The notes under the pieces were generated by a model. The model saw only the letters and a list, made by a program, of their open reading frames with translations, was not told where the DNA came from and did no database searches. Both the position numbers and the translations under genes were made by a program. This document shows, in pieces, positions 1-10,700 of a stretch of 64,000 nucleotides of DNA. Position 1 is the first letter of the stretch. Every line of letters begins with the position of its first letter. The DNA comes from Scenedesmus sp. PABB004 (Eukaryota), in NCBI GenBank assembly GCA_014905635.1, contig JABVCE010000031.1:248001-312000 (forward strand), given 5' to 3'.

Positions 1-1995
1 CGTCGTCGCGGCCGAGGCCGAGGCGGCGGAGGCCAAGGAGCACGCGGCGAGCGAGGTGCGGCGCGCTGCGCGCTGCGCGCACGCGCTGGGCGGGGCCTGC
101 TGCGGCGCGGGCCCCACTTTCGGCGCCCGCGCCTGCTCGCCCACGCGTCCGCTGCCGTGCGCGCCCTGCAGGCCGCCAACGCGGCGCGCGTGGCGGCGGA
201 GGAGGCGGCCGCGCTCAAGGCGCGCGTCGTCGCGGCCGAGGCCGAGGCGGCGGAGGCCAAGGAGCACGCGGCGAGCGAGGTGCGGCGCGCTGCGCGCTGC
301 GCGCACGCGCTGGGCGGGGCCTGCTGCGGCGCGGGCCCCGCTTTTGGCGCCCGCGCCTGCTCGCCCACGCGTCCGCTGCCGTGCGCCCTGCAGGCCGCCA
401 ACGCGGCGCGCGTGGCGGCGGAGGAGGCGGCCGCGCTCAAGGCGCGCGTCGTCGCGGCCGAGGCCGAGGCGGCGGAGGCCAAGGAGCACGCGGCGAGCGA
501 GGTGCGGCGCGCTGCGCGCTGCGCGCACGCGCTGGGCGGGGCCTGCTGCGGCGCGGGCCCCGCTTTTGGCGCCCGCGCCTGCTCGCCCACGCGTCCGCTG
601 CCGTGCGCCCTGCAGGCCGCCAACGCGGCGCGCGTGGCGGCGGAGGAGGCGGCCGCGCTCAAGGCGCGCGTCGTCGCGGCCGAGGCCGAGGCGGCGGAGG
701 CCAAGGAGCACGCGGCGAGCGAGGTGCGGCGCGCTGCGCGCTGCGCGCACGCGCTGGGCGGGGCCTGCTGCGGCGCGGGCCCCACTTTCGGCGCCCGCGC
801 CTGCTCGCCCACGCGTCCGCTGCCGTGCGCGCCCTGCAGGCCGCCAACGCGGCGCGCGTGGCGGCGGAGGAGGCGGCCGCGCTCAAGGCGCGCGTCGTCG
901 CGGCCGAGGCCGAGGCGGCGGAGGCCAAGGAGCACGCGGCGAGCGAGGTGCGGCGCGCTGCGCGCTGCGCGCACGCGCTGGGCGGGGCCTGCTGCGGCGC
1001 GGGCCCCGCTTTTGGCGCCCGCGCCTGCTCGCCCACGCGTCCGCTGCCGTGCGCCCTGCAGGCCGCCAACGCGGCGCGCGTGGCGGCGGAGGAGGCGGCC
1101 GCGCTCAAGGCGCGCGTCGTCGCGGCCGAGGCCGAGGCGGCGGAGGCCAAGGAGCACGCGGCGAGCGAGGTGCGGCGCGCTGCGCGCTGCGCGCACGCGC
1201 TGGGCGGGGCCTGCTGCGGCGCGGGCCCCGCTTTTGGCGCCCGCGCCTGCTCGCCCACGCGTCCGCTGCCGTGCGCCCTGCAGGCCGCCAACGCGGCGCG
1301 CGTGGCGGCGGAGGAGGCGGCCGCGCTCAAGGCGCGCGTCGTCGCGGCCGAGGCCGAGGCGGCGGAGGCCAAGGAGCACGCGGCGAGCGAGGTGCGGCGC
1401 GCTGCGCGCTGCGCGCACGCGCTGGGCGGGGCCTGCTGCGGCGCGGGCCCCGCTTTTGGCGCCCGCGCCTGCTCGCCCACGCGTCCGCTGCCGTGCGCGC
1501 CCTGCAGGCCGCCAACGCGGCGCGCGTGGCGGCGGAGGAGGCGGCCGCGCTCAAGGCGCGCGTCGTCGCGGCCGAGGCCGAGGCGGCGGAGGCCAAGGAG
1601 CACGCGGCGAGCGAGGTGCGGCGCGCTGCGCGCTGCGCGCACGCGCTGGGCGGGGCCTGCTGCGGCGCGGGCCCCGCTTTTGGCGCCCGCGCCTGCTCGC
1701 CCACGCGTCCGCTGCCGTGCGCCCTGCAGGCCGCCAACGCGGCGCGCGTGGCGGAGGCGGCGGCCGCGCTCAAGGCGCGCGTCGTCGCGGCCGAGGCCGA
1801 GGCGGCGGAGGCCAAGGAGCACGCGGCGAGCGAGGTGCGGCGCGCTGCGCGCTGCGCGCACGCGCTGGGCGGGGCCTGCTGCGGCGCGGGCCCCGCTTTT
1901 GGCGCCCGCACCTGCTCGCCCACGCGTCCGCTGCCGTGCGCCCTGCAGGCCGCCGACGCGGCGCGCGTGGCGGCGGAGCAGGCGGCCGCGCTCAA
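1..1995 (+). repeat. Tandem array of about 9 exon+intron units (222/224 bp) with a 668-bp higher-order period
   Basis: Units are near-identical. Introns are 114 nt except 116-nt versions starting at 56, 724 and 1392, each 668 bp apart. Confidence 0.95.
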
Positions 1996-2618
1996 GGCGC
2001 ACAAGGGCGCGCTGGCGCGGGCCAAGGCCAAGGCGGCCAACGCCGAGGCGCAGAACGTAGCGCTGGCTGCCGAGGTCGCCGAGCTGCGCGCCGAGGCGGA
2101 GCGCCAGCGGCCCTTCCGCGAGGCCTGCGCGCACACGCAGCACGACCTGTGGGTGAGTGCGCGCGCACTGGGCTGCATGTGCGCGCGCTGCTGCAAAAGC
2201 AGCGCTGACCCTGCCCCGCGCCGTGCCCCGCCCCCCATCCACGCAGGCCAAGTGCGCCGCCTTTGAAGACATGGACGACCAGGTGGCGGATCTGCAGGCC
2301 AAGCTGGCCGCGGCCGAGGCCAAGCTGGCGCCGGCCGACGCCAAGCCGGCCGAGGCGTGCGGCAGCCAGGGCAGCCTCGGGCGCGTGCAGACGCTGCCGA
2401 AGGGCTGCAGCGCGGCCTGCGACGGCGACCGCGGCAGCGGCGAGGCGCGGCCGGCTGCGCCGCGCACGCCCAGCCGCCAGGTGTCGGGCAGCAGCGGGCA
2501 CTTTGAGGGGCAGGCGCTGCAGCAGGCGCTGGCTGCGGAGCAGCAGCAGTGGCAGCAGGCCGGCAGGCGCCGCGGCGGCGGCCGCCGCGCGAGCCGCCTG
2601 AGCGGCGGCGGCTGGTAG
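1..2618 (+). CDS. 3' part of a coiled-coil protein built from repeated 36-aa exons (5' end lies outside the window)
   Basis: 108-nt exons encoding AANAARVAAEEAAALKARVVAAEAEAAEAKEHAASE at 172-279, 394-501, 616-723, 840-947, 1062-1169, 1284-1391 and 1508-1615, plus a 105-nt variant at 1730-1834. They are separated by phase-0 GTGCGG...CTGCAG introns. Unique exons follow at 1949-2152 and 2247-2618 (GTGAGT...ACGCAG intron; TAG stop). Ala/Glu/Lys helical composition. Confidence 0.8.
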
Positions 2619-3639
2619 AACAGCAGCTGCTGTTTGACCTGCGCCGACGGCGGGACGCATGCTTGTGCCTGGGCACCGGGCTGAGGTCCTGCGGTTGTCT
2701 CGCCGGCTAGAGTAGAGTCATCTAATGCTTTCATGACTTCGTCATCACTTTCCTCTGCCATCCTGGTGCCCATCACGTCTGTGACTTCATTTCATCATTT
2801 CATGGCAAGCTGCCATTATGTCCCATCACGTCCTTGCCTTGTCACATCCTTATGTTCCGACAACCCCCGTCAGGCTGCGCAGCAGCAGCGGTTTCATCAT
2901 TTCATTACCATCCTTCTGCAGCCCCATTCCACTCCTCGCTTGCAAGCAGCCATCCCATCCCATCCCATCCACCCCATCAAGAGCATCTCTTGGGACTCCC
3001 TTGGCACCGCGGGAAATAACCGCAGCGCCGTCGCTGAGACGACGCAGCGGCGTGCTCACTGCGCGCGTGCTGTGCTGGAACACGCGCGCACGCATGCAGG
3101 GGCGGTGTGTGCGTGCCGCCGTGCGTGCTGTCGGCCGCCGGGCGCGCGGTGTGTCTGGTGTTTGAGTGTGGCGGCGTGTGGGGCTAGGTCGGCTGGCTGG
3201 CCGCTGGCTGCCGCTGTGTGCGCGGGCAGCACTTGGAGGGCTTGTGGTCGCTGCTGCGACGACGCAGCGGCCAGGGAGAGGGAGAGGGAGTCTCTGGTGC
3301 AGCTGCGATGCGCAGGCCCCGCGCGCGCGGGAGGTTGGGTGGCTTCGGAGCGCCGCCGTGCGTGCCGGCCGGCCGGTGCGTGCAATAACTGGCGTCTGGG
3401 TGCGGCTGTGTGTGGCCCCCTGGCCAGCTGGTCGCCGCCGCTGTTGTCTGTGGGGCAGCCGCTTTTGGCAAGGGGGGGACAGGGGGCAGCGGGCGGCGGC
3501 AGCGGGCGGGCGCGGTGGTGGTAAGTTGGGCCTCTTTGCAAAAGCATCACCCGCGTGCGCTCAGAGCGCCGCTCACGCCGCCGCCCGCCGCGGCCCGCCC
3601 GCTGCCGCCGCGCCCGCCGGCAGCGCCGCTCCCCCGCCC

Positions 3640-3985
3640 GCCGCCCAGCAGCCCGCCGCCGAGCCGCCCGCGTCGCACGCGCCGCCGCGCGAGCCGGCGG
3701 CCGGCGAGTGCTGCGGGCGCGGCGCGGCGCGGGGCGCGCGCGCTGCCGGCGCGGGCGGGCGGCGGCCGGCGGGGTGGCACGCCGCGCCGCGGGCCGCTGC
3801 GCGCAGGTGTGCATGTGGGACCTGTACCGTGACAAGCTGCAGGCGTACGTCGAGCACATAGCCGCGCACCACCCGGGCGTGCCGGTCCCGGACGTCGCGG
3901 CAGTCAGTAGGCGCGCGCGATGGCCGCCGGGCTGGACGCGTTTGAGGCGCTGGAGCGGCGGCTCGCGGCGCAGGGCAGGGGTGGA
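3640..3985 (+). pseudogene. Disrupted oxidoreductase-like-domain (OXLD1/Oxidored-like) gene fragment
   Basis: PPREPAAGECCGRG, an intron ending CAG at about 3806, then VCMWDLYRDKLQAY match the P-x-E-P-x(3)-CC-x-x-GC-x-x-CVWD-x-Y pattern. The tail LDAFEALERRL is in another frame after 3903-3910. No start codon was found and one expected Cys is missing. Confidence 0.45.
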
Positions 3986-4575
3986 GCTGCTGGGCAGGCC
4001 AGGTTGCCAAGACGCTCGGCACGCAGCAGCCGAGCGGGTGCCGCCGCAGTGACGCCGCCATTTTTTTCCTGCGCCTGGCCCCCCGCCCCGCTTCACGGGT
4101 TCGCTTCCGCCGCCGCCGGTCCCGGGGGGCCTCTCACGCTCGCCAGCCGCGTGTGCCGCAGAGAGCGCCGGCCGCGCTCACGCCCGCGCCGCCCGCTGCT
4201 TGCGCAGGCCTCAGTCTGATCGGCGCTGAGCTGCTGATTGAGGACCGCGGCGGCCCGGCGCGGCGCTCGCTCCACGGCCCGCACGCCGCGGAGGTCGGAT
4301 GCTGCCGCAGCCGCAGCCCGCCACCGCTGCGTGCGCCGGGAATGGGAGGGAGTTGGCCCGGCTCCAGAGCCCCGCCAGCCTCTGCCGGAGCTGCTGCGCC
4401 GGCCGCCTGACCAGACCGCGCTGCCAGGTGCGCGGGCCGCCGCCGCTGCTGCCGCCGCGCCGCTGCTGCTGCTGCCAGGCCGCCGCCGCCCCGCGCGCGC
4501 ACCCACCCAGCGCCGGCGCGGCCGCCGCCGCCACGCAGGCGGTCCCGCAGGACGACGCCGCGGGCGAGTCGCCGG

Positions 4576-4580
4576 TTACA
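4576..4580 (-). promoter_or_regulatory. Possible TGTAA polyadenylation signal (minus strand)
   Basis: TTACA on plus is TGTAA on minus, the chlorophyte poly(A) signal. It lies about 1.3 kb downstream of the bestrophin stop, so the assignment is uncertain. Confidence 0.25.
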
Positions 4581-5852
4581 GCCCTGAGCCCCCACCCCCG
4601 CGCCCCTCGGGATGCGCGGACGTGGACGCGGCCGGCCAAGCGCTGCGCACGTGCGTGACTGGCAGCCGGCCAAGTGTCAGAAACGCCCAGCGTTCGCCGT
4701 ACACAACGCGGCGGCTGGCGCGCCCGCGCGCCCTCTGTGGCGCGCCGGCTCTGTTGAGCGCTCGTTTGGGCTCTCTCGAGCCCTGTCTCTGCGGGGCGGC
4801 GGCTGGTGGTCGGCCCCCGCCGCCCTCGCTCCCTGTTTGGCCGCGCGGAGCCCCCGGCTGCGGGCTCGCGCGAGGAGTTCCGGTGCTGCTCCTACTGCCT
4901 TCAACAGCTTTGACAGCTTGAACAGTTTTGACAGTTCACCCCCGCGACAGGCGGGCTTGGTGATGGCGGCGCACACACTGCGCCCGCCTTGAGCGACTCC
5001 TTCGTTTCTTGTCAGCGCCGGCGGGCACGGCGCGGACTCCGCCTCCGTCGGCCCGGCGCGCGTGAGCCCGTCGCAGGGCCGCGCGCCGGCTTGGCCTCGC
5101 TCGCGCAGCTGCAGGCGGCGGCCGCCGCGCCTCGCTCGCGCAGCTGCAGCAGGCGGCCAGATCAGTGTCTATGGGCTGGGACGAGCGGTCCCAGTCGGCG
5201 AGCGCGCCCCAGCGTCCCCGCGCGCGCGCCTGGGCGCAGTCGCAGGCTGTCCCTCCGGGGCGGGCGCGCGCGCGGCGGAGCGGACGCTGCGGTTTGATGC
5301 GCCCCCCAGCCTTGGTCTATTGGCCTGGCCTCCCCCGCCAGGAGGTGATGCCTGCGGCGGCACGCCCAGCGGCACGGTCACCAACGGTCTCCGGCGGGTG
5401 CGGCGCGGCTGGGGGCTCGCGGCGCTGCGCGGGGCGGGCGGTGTGCGACCGGCGGCGGTGGCGGCGGCGGCGGTTTTGCCGAGGCAGCAGCTGCGACCCA
5501 GCCGACGGCTGGCAGCCCGGCAGCGAGCAGGTGAGTGCCCAGGTGAGTGCTGGGCCGGCTCGCTGGCCTGCGCCGCTGGCGCGGGATGCGCGCTGGGTGT
5601 GTGCGTGCCGCCGCCGCGGGGCTGCCGCGCGTGCGGCGCGGGGCGCGCTGGCTGAGCTGCAGCTCAGCCAGCAGCGGCCAGGGCTGAGCGACTTCACGTG
5701 GCGCGGTGGCGGCCGGCGGCGGGGGGGATGGCGGCCGGCGCCGCTGCGCGGCGGCCCTGGGGTAACGTTGCCAGCCAGTGACGGCGCAGTCCCCGCGACC
5801 GCAGCACAGGAGCAGCGCAGCCTTCAGGTTGCGCGCGCACCGCCGGGCGTAG

Positions 5853-8165
5853 CTAGCTCCAGCGTTGGTGCCACGGCGGCTGCTGCTGCTGCTGCTGCGC
5901 GTCCTGCGCCGCCACCAGCTGCTCCACGCTCAGCAGGCAGGCCGCGCTGCCAGCCAGCGACGCGCCGCCGTCGGGCGCCACCGACAGCTGCAGCGAGCGC
6001 CGCGTGTCGCGCGCCTGCGCCTCCTGCAGCGACGCACGCCGGCCGGCCTCGCCGCCGCCGGCGCTGTCGGGCTGCGCGGGCGGGCCAGCTGCGGGCGGCG
6101 CGAGCCCGTCCACCACCGGCGCGCCGGCGGCGCCGTGCATGCGCTGGATGTTGGCGATGTCACGCTGCACCGCCACGCAAAACGTGTCAAAGGCAATGAC
6201 CTGCGCACGCGCCGCGCACGGGCAGGCGGGCGTCGGCGGCGGCGGACGTGTGGGCGGGCGCGCCCGCGCCCGCGCCCGCGCCGGGGCCGGGCGCTCTGCG
6301 CGCGAGCCAGCGGCAGCGCGAGGCGAGCTGAGCCGCCGCGCTGCCGGGGTTCCCCAGGTCGGGCGGCGCACGTGGAAGGGCTCCTCCAGGAACGCCCCGA
6401 TGTTTTCCACGCCCAGCAGCAGGAACGCAATCGCGACCGCGAGCGCGGGCGACGCCCAGCCCGCCATCGGCCACAGCAGCAGCGGCAGCAGCGCGAGGTA
6501 CGCGGTGAGGAAGCGGGAGGTGTGCCTGCGCGCACGTGCGCAGGCGGCGGGCCCGCCGCGCCGTGAGGCGCGCTCGCCGCAGGGCGGCGCGCGGCGGCGC
6601 GGCCGGCGCCGCCGCGGCGCGCGCGAGCGGCTCGCCGGGCCGGCAGCGGCCGGCAGGGGCATTCGGCGCGGCGCGCGCCTGGTGTAGCAGAAAGGAATGG
6701 CCGTGTTAAAGATGCGGCCGCAGGCGCCGAACTCAAAGGTATAAAGCCGCACGTTGTCGTCAAGCGCCATGCGGACCATTGGGTCAACGCGCGCCTCCGC
6801 GACGATGCTCGACAGCGCCTGCGTGCAGGGGCCGGCGCGCGGCGCGGGCGCGGTTCGCGCGCGGGGCGGGGCGGGCCAGGCGCGGCGCGGCAGGGCCGGG
6901 CGCGGCGGCGGGGAGGGTGCAGCGTGGCCAGCGCGGCGTGAGGCGCGTCGCCCGCGCGCGCGCGCGCGCGCCCCGGACGCGCCTGCCCGAGCGCGAGCTG
7001 CTTGTGCGGCGCGGCGAGCAGCCAGTCGAGCTCGCCCGGCAGCAGCAGGCCTGCCAGCTCGGCGGCCAGGTCGGCGTCGGCGCGCACGAGCGCCTTGGTC
7101 ACCCACATCGCGGCCGCCGTCCAGCGGCACAGCGCGGCCACCAGGTGCGCCTGGTCGGCCGGAAAGTAGGCCACACCCTACGCGGCCGGCGGCGGCGCAT
7201 GCGGCAGCGCGTGGGCGGCGGCGGCGCGCGGCCGGCGGCGCACACGGCGGCGGCGCACGCTGGGGCGCGGCGGCGTGTGGGCGGCGCCGGCCGCGGGGGG
7301 GTGTGCGCCCCGCGCCCCGCGCCCCGCGCCCCGCGCCTGGCGCGCCAGGTTGTGCGCGAGCGAGACCAGCTGCCCCACGTCCTTGCGCGCCTCCCACCAG
7401 CGCGCGTAGCTGCTGTTGGTCTGCAGGGCGCGGCGCGGCGCGGCGCGGTGCGGCGCGGCGGTGTGCCGCGGCACGAGCGGCGCCCGCGCGCCGCCGACCA
7501 GCAGCCCCCCGGAGGCGCGGGCCGGCCGACGGCCGCCGACGCCGCGCCGCTGTGCTTGCGCTGCTGTGTCCCCGCGCGCCTTGAAGACCAGCAGGAGCGT
7601 GAGCGCAAACGTCACCGCGCCAAAGATCGCCTGCACGGCCTCGAGCCGCGCCATCGGCCAGTGCAGCAGCTGCGCCGCGCGGCGGCACGTTCAGCGGCGG
7701 CGGCGGCGGCGTGGGCGCCCGCCTGCCGCGCCGCGCCGGCGACGGCGCTGCCAGCAGTGTGTGCGCACCGGCACGAGTGTTGTATTGTACACACCAACAG
7801 CCACGCCCAGCAGCGCCACGCAGAGCAGCACGGACCAGTAGCCCAGCATGACGGACGCGCTGCGCGGCGCGGCGCGAGCAGCGTGAGCCGCCGCGCGCGC
7901 TGTGCAGCGTGAGCCGCCGGCGCCAGCGCCGCGCACTCACAGCTTGCCCGGCTGGGGTCGGTGGCGCCGCGCCGCGGTGCGGTGCCGCACCCACGCGGCC
8001 TGCGGGCGCCGCGGGCGCCGCGCGCGCGTTGGGGGCGGCGGCGAGCACCCGGCTGGCTGGCGCACGCGCGGCGGCGCGCACCTCGTCCATGACTCGGTCG
8101 GCGAACAGGCTCTCATGCTTGCTCGCCAGCGCCTCCCAGATGGCGCTGCGGTCACTGCCGTTCAT
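5853..8165 (-). CDS. Bestrophin-like (UPF0187/YneE, VCCN/BST-type) anion channel
   Basis: Nine exons: 8165-8082, 7999-7941, 7859-7769, 7669-7580, 7420-7337, 7177-6983, 6818-6679, 6525-6372, 6200-5853. The spliced product has the family motifs LLLVFK|TNSSYARWWEAR, IPFCYTR|HTSRFL and GVENIGAFLEEPF. Four of 8 introns have GC donors. Confidence 0.9.
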   Translation of the reverse strand: MNGSDRSAIWEALASKHESLFADRVMDEVRAAARAPASRVLAAAPNARAAPAAPAGRVGAAPHRGAAPPTPAGQAVSARRWRRRLTLHSARGGSRCSRRAAQRVRHAGLLVRAALRGAAGRGCWCVQYNTRAGAHTLLAAPSPARRGRRAPTPPPPPLNVPPRGAAAALADGAARGRAGDLWRGDVCAHAPAGLQGARGHSSASTAARRRRPSAGPRLRGAAGRRRAGAARAAAHRRAAPRRAAPRPADQQQLRALVGGAQGRGAAGLARAQPGAPGAGRGARGAGRTPPRGRRRPHAAAPQRAPPPCAPPAARRRRPRAAACAAAGRVGCGLLSGRPGAPGGRAVPLDGGRDVGDQGARARRRRPGRRAGRPAAAGRARLAARRAAQAARARAGASGARARARGRRASRRAGHAAPSPPPRPALPRRAWPAPPRARTAPAPRAGPCTQALSSIVAEARVDPMVRMALDDNVRLYTFEFGACGRIFNTAIPFCYTRRAPRRMPLPAAAGPASRSRAPRRRRPRRRAPPCGERASRRGGPAACARARRHTSRFLTAYLALLPLLLWPMAGWASPALAVAIAFLLLGVENIGAFLEEPFHVRRPTWGTPAARRLSSPRAAAGSRAERPAPARARARARPPTRPPPPTPACPCAARAQVIAFDTFCVAVQRDIANIQRMHGAAGAPVVDGLAPPAAGPPAQPDSAGGGEAGRRASLQEAQARDTRRSLQLSVAPDGGASLAGSAACLLSVEQLVAAQDAQQQQQQPPWHQRWS

Positions 8166-8208
8166 GTTGCCCCGGCCGCCAGGCAGGCGCGGTGGGCGGC
8201 TCGCCGCT

Positions 8209-8246
<38 letters not shown>

Positions 8247-8743
8247 TGCCGCTGCTGCTGCTGCTGCTGTGCTGCTGGTGCTGGTGCCGCCGCCCTCCGT
8301 GCCGCGACTCTCTGGAGCTCCTTGATAGTGGTGGCGGCGGTCGTTTGTGGGGCGGCGCCGCCGTGTCACCGACGGTGACGCCGCGCCTGCTCACCTCTGC
8401 CCACAAGAACCGCCCGCCCGCACCACCGGGCGCGTGCCCACGCCCTCGCGTGCTCACCGCTGCGGCACGGGAGAACGTGGACGGCGGGGCGAGCGAGGCG
8501 GGCGCAGTTCTAGACTCACCCGACCCGCGGGCCTCCACCCGCCCGTGCGACGGGACGCAGCGCCCGCCGTTGGGCGGCTGAAGGTGGGGCATTGCAGGAG
8601 GGAGCGCGTCGGACGGGTCGCGCCGCGCCGTGCGGCGGCGCCGCGGCCGGTGCCGCTGCTGCTGCTGGCGCCGGCCCCGCGCCGCCGGTAGCAGCTGGTG
8701 AGCTGAACCCTGCGCGCTGCCTGCACAGGCACGCTGCGACGGC

Positions 8744-10018
8744 ATGCACGGCGACGCCGAGGCGGCGGCGCGCCTGCGCCTCTGGGAGCTGCAGGCGGCG
8801 CTGGCGCGCGAGCAGGAGGCGCGCGCGCGGCTGCGCGTGCAGGAGGCGATCCTGAGCGCCATGTGTGACGTGCTCGGCGAGGTGCTGCACCGCCACGGCG
8901 TCGACGCGGCGGCGGAGGAGGAGCGGGGCTCGCCAAACGACGACGCGAGCCCGTCGGCGGCGTGCTTCAGCCGCGTGTCGGGCTGGAACGGGCCGCCGGG
9001 CGGGCCGCCGCCCCCGGCCGCCGGGGGTGCACCGGCCGCGGCCGCCTGGGCCGACAGCGGCAGCAGCAGCGACGGCGACGAGCCGCCGCCGGCGCCGACG
9101 CTGTCGCCGGGCGGCCCGCTCGCGTACCTGCGCGCGCTGTGCAAGGCGGGGCCGGCGCACGAGCTGCTGAGCGGCCCCGAGCTGCGCGCGCTCTACGCCG
9201 AGACCGTGCGCACGCTCGCCGTGCAGCTGGAGGCGCTGGACGACGCCGGCGGCCACGCACACGTGTCGGTGCGCGGCGCGGCGCTCGCGGCAATCGCCCG
9301 GTCCGTGGACCGCTACCTCGGCGCCTGGGCGGCGCTCGCGCTCGCGGGCCGCGCCGCGCTGCTGTGCGACTTTGTGCTGCGCAGCGCGGCGACCGGCGAG
9401 CGGCTGGACGTGGCGGGCGCGGCGCGCTACGCCGCCGCCGCGGAGCAGCTGCGCCTGTCGCGCGCGCAGCAGCGCTGCATGGCGAGCGTGCTGCCGGTGT
9501 TCCGCCAGCTCGGCTCGGGGCTCGCGGACGAGCTCGCCGCCCTGCAGCGCGCGCCGCCGGGCGAGGAGCCGCCGGGCAGCGTCGCGCTGCCGCTGGGCAT
9601 GCTCGCGGCGCCGAGCGGCCGCGAGCTGCGCGCGGCGCACGAGGCGCGCGCGCTGCGGCTGGCCACGCTGCTCCGTAAGCAGCAGCTCATCTCGATGTGC
9701 GCCAATGCGCTCATCCTGGGCTGCATGAGCCACGAGCAGGTCGCGCGGCTGCTGGTCGCGACGTGGCCGCAGCCGCCGCTGCCGGTGCAGCTCGCGGTGG
9801 CGGTCGCGGCGCGCCTGCAGCGCGAGCTCGCGGCGCCAGGCGGCGCCCCCGCGTGCCCGCCCGCGGACGGCGCGGCCGCACTCGACTGGGGCGCACTTGG
9901 AGCCTGCGGCAGCGCGTCGGACCTGGGCCTGGGGCTGGGCGGCGGTGACAGCGGCGCCTGCTGCTGGATGGACTTGGATGCCGCGGAGCACAGCACGCTC
10001 AGCACGGGCCGCGTGTGA
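8744..10018 (+). CDS. Intronless hypothetical protein (424 aa) with N-terminal coiled coil
   Basis: Clean ATG-to-TGA ORF with coding-like composition. It has a leucine heptad segment (LRLWELQAALAREQEARARLRVQEAIL) and a helical C-terminal block ending MSHEQVARLLVATWPQPP. Confidence 0.7.
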   Translation: MHGDAEAAARLRLWELQAALAREQEARARLRVQEAILSAMCDVLGEVLHRHGVDAAAEEERGSPNDDASPSAACFSRVSGWNGPPGGPPPPAAGGAPAAAAWADSGSSSDGDEPPPAPTLSPGGPLAYLRALCKAGPAHELLSGPELRALYAETVRTLAVQLEALDDAGGHAHVSVRGAALAAIARSVDRYLGAWAALALAGRAALLCDFVLRSAATGERLDVAGAARYAAAAEQLRLSRAQQRCMASVLPVFRQLGSGLADELAALQRAPPGEEPPGSVALPLGMLAAPSGRELRAAHEARALRLATLLRKQQLISMCANALILGCMSHEQVARLLVATWPQPPLPVQLAVAVAARLQRELAAPGGAPACPPADGAAALDWGALGACGSASDLGLGLGGGDSGACCWMDLDAAEHSTLSTGRV

Positions 10019-10700
10019 CCAGTGTCTGTGGCAACGCATTTCTTGTCGGCGGCGGTGGTGTGTGTGGGGGAACGCGGAGGAGGAGACTGGGCGCGCGCGG
10101 GCGTGCGCGCGCCAAACAGAACTCGCTGAGGCGGGGGTCCTGGGGTCATGCCGAGGCCACGCCGCATGCATGCCAGAGACGTGTGGAACCTTCTTCTTGC
10201 ACTTGCTTGCCCAACCCGGGCCCTCGGGTCCAGCTCAAACGGGAGGGGGACCGTGTTGCTGCTGCTGCTCGGCGAACAAGGGGCGGCGCAGAGGTTTAGG
10301 GTTGGCGGCGTCAGAGCTGCGGGGTTCAGGCCAGTGTGGCCACACGCATTGCTGGTGTGTCGATGGCGGGCGGGGTCTGGTGGCCAGTAACTAAACTCTG
10401 GGCTGCTCAGCAGGCCTGCGCGCCCGGCGGCCTCGAGCTCGCTCAGGCGAGGCGGCGGCCCGCCTCGCTCGGCTGCGCGCAGCGCCTCCACACAGCGCCG
10501 CGGCATCAGCAGCGCAGCTGGTGGCGCGGCCGTGACAGCAAGGCCACCACAGCGTGCATGGCGGAGCGCGGCCCCGCCCCCGCGGAAGCGCCGTGGCGCG
10601 GCAGCAGCGGTGCGGGCGGGGCGGCTGCCGCCCGCACGCGCTGGGGCCAGCAGGCGCTGCCCGGCCGGACCGGTGAGTGCGTCTGATAGCGCACGCATGA

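Noticed and set aside
1..1995. CRISPR array or introner-type mobile introns
   Set aside because: There are no unique spacers. Exon and intron are duplicated together, and I saw no copy of this intron in other genes.
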